Origin: Antedon mediterranea
Taxonomy: Eukaryota > Animalia > Echinodermata
Length of the DNA stretch: 64,000 nucleotides
Assembly: GCF_964355755.1 (NCBI RefSeq)
Contig: NC_092680.1
Location: forward strand, 5,456,001 to 5,520,000
Reading direction: 5' to 3'
This document shows, piece after piece, positions 24,726 through 37,500 of the stretch. Within the stretch, counting starts at the first letter, position 1. Each line of letters opens with the position of its first letter. The position numbers and the translations under genes are program-made. Below the pieces are notes generated by a model. That model was given only the letters and a program-made list of their open reading frames with translations. It was not told the origin of the DNA and made no database searches.

Positions 24726-25964
24726 TTTAGATTATAGTATAATATAATACTAGGATAATACTACATGTGAAACTGAACTGAAATTTTGTATTACCAAATG
24801 TTCTTATGATATGGGGAAATCTAGATACACTCACGAGTATCGGGTGCCTACTAATAGTAACACCTTGATTGATATCCTCATAGAAATCTATATAATCTCA
24901 CGTGAACATTATACAAATAAATGTTAACTACTGTAGATGTTATATTTGAATAAGGTAATATTATAGTTCTTCAATATTGGTGCAGTAATTTAATAAACAT
25001 ACCAGGTAATATGATTGGTTATCATGTTTTATACTTTTAAGTATCAGTAGCAGTTGTTTGAAAACCTTACAGTAATAAAGTAATAACATAAATTAAAGTA
25101 ACTACAGTATTATCAAACTTCTGAAAGGACCCATTTTGGTATATAATGATATGCCTTCCTGTTTTTGTCATCTGGACCAATCTGTGTTTTCCAAGTAAAC
25201 TATAGAATTATAATCTAAATGAGAATCTAGGAAAAGGGGGTACAGTTATCGAAAAATCCTAGATTCACGTGCAGAGTAGATAACATGTGTCAAAGTGTGG
25301 AAGAATCTTATTATTAAATAAGTCATCAAAAGCTGGCACATGATTATTAATGACAAAGGTATACACTCTTAATGGCACTGGTAAAGGTAATGTAGTAGGT
25401 CTTATTCACTTAGTTACTATTTGCACAATAACAATTCACACAAAACAAAAGAAATATATCACATGGCAATATGAAGCCATAGTAACTAAAGTATGTTTCA
25501 AATGACACTAGGCTGCTGATATGTGGGGGTTGAATTTGTATAGCATGCCACTTATTGTAAGGACCATCTAGGTCGAGGAGCAAGGCTACAGGTATTGTTT
25601 CCTATTTCAAAGGTTAAAAATCTTAACCAAAATAGGGAACAGTGATGCATGACAACAATTCAATAAAACACCAAATATAAGATCAAGATATACAATGGTT
25701 AATATTATTCTATCCTGGTATGGTGAATAGACAATGAACGATCTGCCAAAATACGAGGATTTGTGGTTAATTAAACTGTGTACGAGCATACTGGTTGAAT
25801 TCTAGGCCTAAAATTTGTTGACAATTAACTGGCAAAATAGACACATACTACGGCAATAATAGGTAAAGCGTTTTTTAATATTTGACGTGAACAATTTGAA
25901 ACACCAACTTAGGGTGGCTTACAATTTCTATTTTCCTGGCAAGCTAGGAAATAGGAAAACAAGC

Positions 25965-27260
25965 ATGGCGAATCTCATTTACTTGATGTTTATTTTGATA
26001 ATTGTAAGTAGTTACTGTACCTGTTCAGTCACTGCTTTGATTTCTATTCAACCACTGAGCCCAAGTGTATTTGCCGGTGACAGTGCTACATTTGAATGTA
26101 AAACTGACGGTACAAAATATGAACAACCTTGGCAATGGTTTAAAATCAAAGATACTATAGTGCAGAACATAGCGCTTGAGGATACCTTTACTTTGGCTGA
26201 ATATGGAATGGTCGTTTTCGATGGAAAGAGTAGACTGACTCTATTAAATGTTTCAATGGCGGATGACCAAAGTGTGTATTATTGTCAGTGTGGTGTTGTA
26301 TCAAAGATGGCGACTCTTACAGTGATTTCATCGGCTGATTTGGAATCAATGTATCTACAATGTGACGTTGATTCAACTTTTTCTAACACAGAGAAATTAG
26401 CTACTTTCACATGTAGCGTAGATGATGTACGGTCGTCATTTGACCTACGGTGGTATGATGGTGACCAGCCACTAGAACAGCACGAGTTCATATGCTACGA
26501 TAATACATCACAATGTGCACAATATCAACATGTTTTATCTGTCTATGACGAAGGAAAAACATTCAATTGTAAACTAGAAGGACCGGGTGTCAACAACATC
26601 CAAAGTTGTTCTGCAAACCTTGACATTCCACCAACTGTCTTTGTCTCAACTAAACGTACAACATTCTACGACGGGGACTCCATGGAAGTAATCTGCACAG
26701 CAGAAACACCCTGGCGAGTGGTTGGCTACGAGTGGTACGTCAATGGAGAAAACATATCGTCAACTCAATTACAATATAGCTTAGAAAACAAAGAAAGTGT
26801 TTTATTGTTATCAGATTTGGATACAAATCATGAAGGAATCGATATCAGGTGCAACGTCACCACATCATCTGGAATGGTAGCTGGTGATAGACTACATATT
26901 GATGTCAATAGTAGATTTGATATATTAATTATCATCTGCTTTAGCGTTGGCATCGTGGTAGCATTTGTTGTTGGTCTGTGTCTTGGTAAAGTGATAAAAT
27001 CAAGGAAACCACTTTATTATATTGATACTTCACTTGCTGTAGGCAAGATAACGAAACTAAATGATGATAACTATTCGAATTGTTCGCATGAATATGAAAC
27101 TGTCTTTACAGGTGAAAAACCTACAATTCAAAATAAAACTATAACATCTAGTGGATATTCTGTATTGAAAAAGACTGATGCCCCAAAATACAAGGAAATC
27201 AATCCTAATCCAATCGACCTAGAACATTCGGAATATATGTCACCTGAAACACATACGTAA
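25965..27260 (+). CDS. Single-exon type I membrane receptor with three Ig domains and a Tyr-motif cytoplasmic tail (IgR-5, ~431 aa)
   Basis: Signal peptide from MANL; three C..W..C Ig units; TM ILIIICFSVGIVVAFVVGLCLG; tail Tyr motifs NYSNC, EYETV, SGYSVL, KYKEI, EYMSP. Confidence 0.9.
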   Translation: MANLIYLMFILIIVSSYCTCSVTALISIQPLSPSVFAGDSATFECKTDGTKYEQPWQWFKIKDTIVQNIALEDTFTLAEYGMVVFDGKSRLTLLNVSMADDQSVYYCQCGVVSKMATLTVISSADLESMYLQCDVDSTFSNTEKLATFTCSVDDVRSSFDLRWYDGDQPLEQHEFICYDNTSQCAQYQHVLSVYDEGKTFNCKLEGPGVNNIQSCSANLDIPPTVFVSTKRTTFYDGDSMEVICTAETPWRVVGYEWYVNGENISSTQLQYSLENKESVLLLSDLDTNHEGIDIRCNVTTSSGMVAGDRLHIDVNSRFDILIIICFSVGIVVAFVVGLCLGKVIKSRKPLYYIDTSLAVGKITKLNDDNYSNCSHEYETVFTGEKPTIQNKTITSSGYSVLKKTDAPKYKEINPNPIDLEHSEYMSPETHT

Positions 27261-28439
27261 CTTTACCAGTGTTCAGGATTACAGAGATTCTCATGACATC
27301 AAGATAATTACATTTCAACCAGTTTTCATTTGTACTAATAACGATGTATTCATCTGATAAAACGAAATTAGAGTAGGCGAAGAGACTTTAAATTAAATGG
27401 ATATGCCTTTGTAAAGAGACACTGTACTCTAGTAAATAGGTGTCATAATGGCCATTAATGAATATGCATAGGTTATTCTCTAAAGTAAACCAACAATTGT
27501 ATAATTAATATAAACTAGGCCTAATAGTAAGAGTAAAAAAACAAGGTATCGTTGTAAATATAATGTTTATGGTGGGAATTATAATTTCAATTTATAAGTA
27601 TATGTAAAGCCACATCTCTAGTCTGATAACTGCTGTGAGTTAGTTTAATGGCAAGGTCTTGCGCATTATAGGTCACTGTAGATGTTTCCTCTTGTATTAT
27701 GTTATAATGCTACAAGGCATTATAAAAACATTATATGACATAAAATAAATATTATAGTTTAATTTAGTAGGCCCAATGAAGAGTTAAGTTATCTCCATGA
27801 ATTAGTTTTATTTTACTTTATTATTGTAAGATCTTGTTTTAATTATTAAAACTCTTTTTTTAAATGTTTAGTTTCAATACTTATAATCATTAAATCGTTA
27901 ATTCGTGTGCTTACGATTCTAAACTGTGTTTTCGTCAAATACGTGACAGTTTCAGTTAGTGTACCGCATAACCCCGTTTGATTGATTGATTAAATGATTG
28001 AGTAAAACAATGGATGACGTTTTTATAACAATTAATAACTTTCTTTCAACTGGTACGGAAGCCCTCCCTGATGTCTATTACGTCATATATTTCGTCAGCA
28101 ATCCCATCTCAGAAATCTAATAACAATCGATCGATCTAATAATAGCCCTAGCGAAGAAAGCATACTTACACGTATCCCTCTAACTAAAATATTGTGGTCT
28201 AACACTCCCAAAACCCTACATTTTAGAAGTACTTTTAAATCCTTTCCCTATTTAAAAAAAACGAAAAGAAACTTTTAAAAGATAAAACATTATTATTTGA
28301 TTTTCAAAAGAAACAGTCATACTACTGGTGGTATATTAATTGTAGCATCTATAAGTATATAAAACAGTGTCGACTATATACACTTTTAATGACTTCCGAT
28401 ATGCAGACCTAGAATTTTTGGAGGTACCTTAAGCCTTAC

Positions 28440-28512
28440 GCTGACGTAAATCTTCAACTACCGATTACTACCGCTGTGACCTTTTAATTTGTTGGTAAGC
28501 CTATATAAAGCC
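28440..28512 (+). promoter_or_regulatory. A2M copy 1 proximal promoter: TGACGTAA bZIP-type site and TATA box
   Basis: TGACGTAA at 28443 and CTATATAAAG at 28501. Both are conserved upstream of copies 2 and 3. Confidence 0.6.
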
Positions 28513-28550
28513 ACCTCAGAAAGTATACAGTACTTGGATCCCGGTCAAAG

Positions 28551-31500
28551 ATGACTAGTTATCGCAAACTTATCCTTTTAATGTGCATTTTACACGGCTT
28601 CTTTGAGGTACATTCAAATAATGAGACTGAAGCAAGATCTGCAGACATTGACACGGCACCTAAAGACACTGAAGCATCACCTACAGACACTGAAGCAACA
28701 TCTAGGGCTACATACACTGAAGCAACACCTACAAACACTGAAGCAACACCTACAAACACTGAAGCAACACCTACAGACACTGACTCAACAGGTACTGATG
28801 AGGATAGAAACACAAGTGATGTTATTTCAAGTGACTACTCTAGCATCACAGACATCGACTACAGTATACCAATTAGCATTAGCGCTTCTTCTGATTATTC
28901 ATACTCAAGTGATACATCAAGCGAAGTTAAAAAAACTGCTTTCAATGACGAACATCCCGAGTAAGTAATCATTGTTTTAGTTTTATATTGTAATACCCAA
29001 GCACAGTCGTCGTAGGCATACAGTATGCCTACTAAAAAGGCGTGCCTAATTTATTAAAGGTAACCAATATAAATTGAATTAAATTAAATAAACATACTTA
29101 CCAGGCCTATACATTATAGATATTGGTGTTTTCTGATTTTTAGAGAATATCTTATAACAACATCGCAACTATGGATATCAGACAGTATAGAAATTATATG
29201 CGTTGGATATCTTAAAAAACCAACAAAGGTTGAAATCAGAGTAGAGAACACGTACAGTTGGAATCCTAGATTTTCCATGTATCATTCACAAACATTCAAT
29301 GAAGGCGGAAGCGATTGTTTCGAAGTTAAGGTAAAAGGAAATATATTCTTATTCTTTATAGCTTTTTTATGTTTTAAACGGATATTAAAATTGTGTAGGC
29401 TTCATTACCAACACTAACGACATGTTGATTTAGTGGTGAGGTGTGATGTTATAAAGGAATTAATCAACCCTGTGTGTACCAATGGCCACCTCCTCCAAGC
29501 AGTACTCGTATATATCCATGCTCTTGAGGCTACTCATTAAGCTAAAAGCCGGGCTAAATATTTTTTTATTTAGTTTATTTGATCAATAAATATTATGATA
29601 ATGCTACTTATTAACTAAAACAATGTAGGTTCCTGAAATGTCAACAGAGTACAGTTTGTCGGTGACATTGAGTGCACGTATAACGACTGCTGACGCAGAG
29701 ATTGAACGGCAGATGAAAATGCGCATTCAAAATGAACAAGTGGAAACATACATACAGACTGACAAACCAAAATACAGCGCTGGACAAGAAGGTAACATGC
29801 TAAATGTAACAAGATTGATAATTTCAAATGTTACTGTACATAGGGTCCTACTAGTAATCCTTTCCGAAAACAAACACATTATTCAACACACATTAAGGAC
29901 ATGGTAATCCCATGGTTATTGTGTTGTTAAAGTAAATATGTAAAATATTTATAATTGAGTAAGAATGAAAATGCTTTATCTATCGTCTGATGATGACCGT
30001 ATTGATATCACCATTTGTAAAGAAAAAAAATAGAAATACTGAAGTGTTACATGTTTCTCGTCATTTTCAGTTAAATTTCGAATGTTGTCCATCAAATCAC
30101 CGTCATTAAAGGTTGTGAAGAACAATGTAAGTATAAAATAAATGTGATATCATTGCACGAGTGGTTGATGCAACTGTTGTCTATGCAATTTAATTGTGAA
30201 GCGGTATACCTATTATTTTCAAGACGAGGTCAGGGTTTAAATTAAATAAGTAGAATAGGGGTTTTAAGGGTATACAGTCGAATCTCAATCAAGTTTCCAC
30301 TTTGTCCAATAAGATGTGTCCAAAAGGAGAGGGTCTATTTTGACTTTTCTTTAGAAAACATTTGACGATTAGAAGTATGTTTACGAAAAGTGTTAGGAAC
30401 CGACAAGGTTATAAAAACACCCAAATCTTCTACAACATCATAAACCTACATCTAAATTGTCGGGCCATAGTTAGTTACTTTTTATCAGATACCAACAATT
30501 CAGTTAGATGTTTGATTGCATTTTTTTGCATTGAAGATACCAAGCATCTGGATTGAAGCTCCGAACGACATTCGAGTTAGGCAGTGGGTAGATGTGAAAG
30601 CAGACGAGGGTCTTGTTGATCTACAGATGCTATTGTCTGATGAACCAATACTAGGGACGTGGACAATAAAAGCAATGATTGCCGACAAGACAGTCACACA
30701 AACATTCGTTGTAGAGGAATACGGTAGGTCCATTAGTTGGAAACATACGTCTAAAGTAGACATTATCAAATTAATCTGCCGCTTCCATCCATCCTAATGA
30801 CAAAGACCAAGCTAAGCCAAAAAAGCTTGCGCTTATTAGTCGTGTCAAAGCAATTAAAGAGGCCATATTCTACATATATTGGAGGGCATCGTTATAAATA
30901 ACAAACATTTGTGTCTTTGTTGTTCCATATAATTTATAAAAGAATGTTTTTTTTTCAGTTTTACCAAAGTTTGAAATTCTGATTGATACACCCTCATCTA
31001 TTTACGTCCGTGATGAAACTTTTAAAGTAAAAGTTTGCGGAATGTAAGTATAAGCACAGTATATTCTTTGGAATAATCATTAAAACAAAAGTAGTATAAT
31101 ACACTTTTTATACTTTTTAATCAATATTTCTACATAATGTATCACATAGGTTATGATGCTTAGCTACCAATCCAAGGGTTCTGGGTCCAAGTCCTGTCAA
31201 ATGTCAGGATATTTTCTAATGAGAAATTATAAATCTTGTGTAGGCCTATATGTTTGTCTTTTGACCGGGATTGCCACCTTTAAAAAGATAGTGAATGAAT
31301 TCGCTTATGGTTATCCTTGTCAATTTCCCTAAATATATAAAACAAAACAATACAAAACCAAGAATGCCATATTATTACGTAACTATTTTTCAAGAATTTG
31401 GTATAATTATCAATTAAATCATTATTACTTATTATAGATATACATACGGACAACCAGTCAGAGGATCTGTAAATGTTACCATATGTTTTAGACATTCCTA

Positions 31501-34500
31501 TGACGATTGCAACCCAGAAACTACTGTAGTCAAATATGCTAAAGTAAGTGAACTCATGTGTTAAGAGACTATGCACGAAGCTCGAGTTATTTGTATCGTC
31601 AATATAGACTAAACCATTAATTAGCGCTCCCTCTGTCGGTCTATGTACAGTTTCCTCTCAGTTTCAGTACGAAATGTCTTTTAGGATACTGGTTCAGATG
31701 GATGTGGTGAATTTGAATTGACTTCAGAAGAACTTAAATGGGACAGAACTAATTATTACTATTATTATGAAAGCCAACAATTATCTGCCAATGTAAACTT
31801 TACTGAAGCTGGAACCGGTACGTAATAACATTTTGTATTACTCTGTAATATTGGAACGTTTCTGTTGTTAAAAATCGTATGTTAAATTATTGATACATTA
31901 ACATTTTCAGACATCACTTTGACCAGCTCATCGCTGTCAACAACTGTTAAAACGACGGCAGTACAAATAGAGATAACAGGTCTAAGCTATTACAAGCCCG
32001 GCATTGAATACAATGGAAAGGTAAAAGACAATTGAGAAGAATTGTTAACGCTCCATGAGGCCCATTATATTTAAGTTACATTAAAGGCTGTTCAGGAAAC
32101 TTGGTTAAATTTGATGTGTTGAACATCCAAGCTATTGTTACTTAGAAGGTTAAAAAATGTTTAATATTCGTTGTACCTATTATGACCTAAAATAAAAAAT
32201 GGTGGAAATACAGTTCAAGGATTCCAATCAAAGTATGAACATTATCGCTGTATACATACACACATAGGCCTATCATTATCATCAGGTGGTGAATCATCAA
32301 AAGCTTCAAATTAAGACTACGGTACTTGCGTTGCGCATGCGTACTTTAGAATGGGAACTTCAACACATGAATTGGATCAATTTATGTTTAAAAAATATTT
32401 ATGTATTGGATGTTTCACATAGGCCCTATCTATTTAAAATGGTTTCTACTTTAAAAAAAATATTAAAACCGTTTTCAAATCAACTTGGTTAAGTGGAATC
32501 CAGTTGATTATGATCGTTACCAGTCGACTTTCATTTGTTTTTTCAAGTTTGATCTTGAAAATATTTTGTTTGATTTCACAGGTCTTTATAAAGAATGTGG
32601 ATGGGAGTCCAGCTAATGGTATTAATACAACAATACATATACAGGAAAAACGCGAATCTGACGTAATCCATATATTCAACAGCTTCTCGAATAAAGGAGT
32701 TGTAACGTTTAGATTTGACGCGCCTATTGATACGGCTATTGCTTCTCTGCTTATTACGGTAAATTTAACATTATTCGCTGATATTAAACAACGTGTTATT
32801 CAATATAAGATTATATATAATTTCTATTAATTATATAATGCCTGTTACGCTGCTTGCAAAATAGCAGTTTCTCGTATAGGCTTGTTAGACAGAAGACGTG
32901 TCATCTTGGTATGACCACTTGATTAAATATACATAATTTATTTACTACACATAACCCCTTTTTAAAGAAGTACTAATGTTATACTTGTAGGTAACCGCGG
33001 AAGGATATCAAACACAAACGTATGACGAGTTCTATGGTTATTACAGAATTAGAAACAATCCATCTAATAAAAAGACAATTTCTGCCTTCTATTCGCCTAG
33101 TGGAAGTTTTTTGAACATCAAGCCAGTGCCAAATGAAATCAACTTCGGAGGTGTTTATACTTTTGATGTTGATTACACCATTCCGACCGGGGATAGTAAG
33201 ACAATAAATTTACACTATATGGTAAGTGTAATAAGTGTACTATAGTTTGTTTAACATCGTGTGACAAGGAGTGATCATATCTCTTTCTATGAAACTATGG
33301 AACTGGACATAATCTATGTTTATTAAATATATTAGGTCATAGCTAGATCTGCTGTAGCAAAGTTTGGCAGTCTGGCGGTAGAGACGCCTTCTTGTTCTCG
33401 TGAAGAGAAACGAGAAACGCCATGGTCAGAGTATTCAGACTATTATATTACGGGATCAGAAGATGAATTAGGTAAGCCTAGGTTGTGTTACTCATTTCAT
33501 TATTTTGAATATTTTCAACATATTATTATTATTTTGTACTTTCTAAAATGATAATTTAGGCCTCAGTTTGATTGTTTATGGTGTTTCGCTTCAATCTGCA
33601 CACTTTCTAGATGCTATATCCTTCCGATTCCTCTTCTATTTCAGACATTATTTTAAAAAGTTTGACGAATATGTCAATTTTAATGATTTTCTTGCTTATT
33701 ATTATATTGTAGATTTATTTAACTTGTGAAACTATTGGTAATTATAAATTAAACAACATTTGTTGTGTTTATTCTAAATGTTTTTCTGCTAATTTTGCTC
33801 ATAAAACCAGTTACAAGTGTAGAGCACAAACGTATTATGGTGATGTTTTCTTTTTTTAGTTGTAGGATTGGAACCATTGCCACCAACATGTCAATTCTCG
33901 TTTAAGTTATCTATTGATATTACCTCCAAAATGTCACCGGATGCCAAACTTCTAATTCACTACGCTCGTGAAGATGGAGAAATTGTTGCGGATTCAATTG
34001 AACTTAAAATTGTCAGAGGCTTACCTAATGAGGTAAACTATCGTCACTTGTGTTAGTTGGGCTAAAATCGACTTGACCAGAATTTTTAACTTAAAGGGAC
34101 TCGGGCTTAAAATAGTAAATACAAAATTAGGCTGTACATTTATATTCGATCTGGCGTTTTTTGAGTCGTCATTTTGGCAACCTGATATTTGACTTACACG
34201 GGAGACGGTTTAACAATACGTGACCTATGAGAGTGGAAGAAACATTATTTGTAATTGTTTTCACCAATTTAAGTTATGGAATCTTAAAGTAAAGGTATTA
34301 ATGCAATATATACTAAGCAAGATTATTACAAAAATACGATGTGGCTATTAATCATAGTGCTACATAATTACTGAAAGTCACTAGGTCTATCTAAATACAT
34401 TTTGAATTCGTACCAACAATTTAAAAAATCAATTACTCTAATAGGTCATATTGGAATTTGAAGAAGATATGACAAGGCCTGGAGACAAGACAACACTTCT

Positions 34501-37500
34501 GGTTCAGGCAGCAGCCAATTCACTGTGTGCTGTTGGAATTGTAGATAAAAGTGTCCAACTCCTTGGAACAACTAACCAACTTACCGACGATAGGGTAGGT
34601 GATATTCTATTTTTTATTTATTTTGTACCATAACCAGAAACCATAATTCCATGCCTTTATTAAAGCATATGTGTGCTGACCCTACTATATTGTATTATCA
34701 GAGCCTAGTACCTGATGATTTGTATCACTTTCATGAAGCAGACTTTAGGCCCAGTGTGCAAATAAAATGTTGAATGTTTGAGTAATTATCTTTTTTGCCC
34801 AACTTTTGTATCGAGCATTTTTGTTAATGCCTTGCAAGTTCAATTACACGCAGGTTATATTTTTTTTTATCATTAGGGAAGAGTGTTTCATTCTTCGATG
34901 GTATTATATAAAACAATTGTATCTGGTTAACTAAAGGCACACACTTTACACACTTCAAATCAACAGAAATTGCCAAATGCAAATTGGAGTTTGGAATTAT
35001 CATGTTTAAACTGTCGCTAGCCTTATTTTGTTTTATTCCACACAGGTGTTTACCTCTTTAACACCATATTCATTTGGTGTTTTCAACTACCCTTTGAATA
35101 AATGTAGGCGAAGCTTGTTTGAAAATGAACAACAACATGACATTCCTCCTCCAAAAAAAGAGCGACGTTATTCAAATACGTACGTCAAAACGAAACACAT
35201 GGACAGTGCAACTGTTTTTATGGTATGTATAACAAATAATTAAACTAGAGTGTTAACTAGAGAAAGCAAAATGAGGCAATAAAGAGAGAAAATAGTCACC
35301 GTAATTAGTAAAGTACCGTAGGGTATGTGACTTTAAACTAGTCGACCCTTATCAATTTTGGCTGTTGCATAATTATCGGATATTTATGAGTAGCTTGAAG
35401 AAGGCTACAAATTAAATAAACAAACAAACTTACAGTCGAATGTACAACAATACATATTTTATTTATGATTACTTTGATTGATGATTTATACATTTTTCAG
35501 AATGCTGGCGTTGCGTTTACGACAAGTTTAGATGTAGAAACAAGACCATGCTATGAAATCACAGGTATGATGAGATGAGTGTAATAGTCTAGGAGTTTTT
35601 AACACTTGTTTATTAATTCAAAGACTGGAACCAGAAGTGGTGTATCTAGCAATATTAAAAATGAGAATGGGTAGAGGTAGATGGTAATATCATGTGGTGA
35701 TGTTGAATGTCTACCAGGATTTCTAAATTGGACCCTTTCGTATCGGCTAATCACTTTATTTATTGTAATAATAATGCTGTAATTATAATTAAAACAATAA
35801 TTTATGTCATGTTCGATTGGCGTTCTACAGAATACCAAGTCGGGAGTGGTGATATGCTATCGTATAATCACAAAATAGTTGATGAAATGATTTACGAAGA
35901 AATAGCAGATGACGAAATAGCAGAAGACGAAGAAGATATATCATACCTATTCGTTGCCGAAACAAAGGAAGAACCTCCTGTTAAAATAAGAACATATTTT
36001 CCAGAAACGCTCTTGTGGCAAATTAAAAGAACACGGTAGGGATACAAACGCGTACTAACATAATAAATAGTAATAAATTATAGGCAGACGAACGGGAGCC
36101 GTTTGGTGGCAGCACTCGACAAGAATGGACCCATAGGGGAGAAGAAAGTTGTGATATGTGTTTTTCACACATGTGCGCTATTCAGCCTTGTAGACTGCAA
36201 GTTACAGGTTATTCCCCACTTGCATTTACAAGTAATACTATTTCGATGTTGACGTCTGCTACATTAGCTCCGTACGCGCCCAATCCTTCCCACATTAAAC
36301 ATTCAAAACAGATCGACGCCCTGTTATATGTAATCATCATTTCACTTATAGTATAGTTTCTAAATTTATAATTTTCGGTAATCCTAAACTAAAAGTCTTC
36401 ATTACAGTTGTTGTCTGTTTCCAGTTCCCGTGTTGTCCTGTTTTCTTTTTTAGTTTTATGGGCAGTAGTCTCACACAAGCGTTGCAATTGTTTTCTCTTA
36501 TTATTGTTAATTTATTATTATGAACTTATAAGAGAAATAAATGTTCCTTTGATTGATTAATTGATTAAATACAATTTAATTTTTGAAAGCTATAATAATA
36601 AGTAAGAAAGCGCACATTTTAATGATTACTATTAGCGCACACCATTTCAGAAATTCTGGATCCGCACCTGGTGGATACAATTTGCTGACTATCTTATTTT
36701 GATCTATAGCGAAGAAGATGGAACGGCTAAGTTTGATCTGAAAGTTCCTGATACGATCACCGATTGGAAAGCAAACGGATTCTGTATATCACCCAACAGC
36801 GACATTGGTATTGGAGAAACTACAACATTACGTGCATTTAAACCGTTTTTCGTTTCTTTAACGCTTCCTTACTCGGTAATTCGCAATGAAAGTGTTCCAT
36901 TGAAAGTAACGGTGTTTAACTACCTTGCTGACCAATGTCTTATGGTAAGATATGATACATAATATGTATCTTACTTTTTAAATCAATTCCTGTGTATATC
37001 AGTGTAATTACAACAAAATACTAACTTACTAAGTGATGGAGTACTTTAGTATGCTCTTGGAACCTGTCTGGCAAATATCTGTAATGAAAAGTTAAGCATA
37101 ATTTTAGCTCTTTAACAAAAATGATTTGCATGCAATGTTCTTTAAAAAAAACTATTTTTCCGCCTTGTTTTTGTGAAATCTTTTGAACAACATTATACTC
37201 GTGTATAATGTTGTTCAAAGCGTTGTTTACAAGTGTTTGACTGATTTTGTTAATGGCATTTTATTTTTTTAGGTCAAACTTGAGCTCAAGGAAAGTAGTA
37301 ACTTTACAACATTGGGTAATGACTTTACACGTAAAGTGTGCGTTTGTGGAGGTGGGTCAAAGACTGTTCAGTACAGAATAGTACCACATACACTTGGAAA
37401 TGTTCCCATTACAGGTAATTTTCTTTTGTATACTACACCAAAAAAATTGCGCAAAACATGAAATCAATATTATACTATGAAATGGTTTAAATCATTGTAG

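Noticed and set aside
28559-28968. Alternative-frame heptad ORF (LQTLKQH)n and antisense (VGVASVS)n, also at ~44091-44716 and 62705-63270
   Set aside because: These follow automatically from a stop-free 21-bp repeat; starts and lengths are not conserved across copies.
35567-36700. Mutually exclusive alternative bait exons (as in Drosophila TEP2 or tick A2M)
   Set aside because: I could not identify additional phase-compatible exons in the flanking introns by eye; RNA-seq would be needed.
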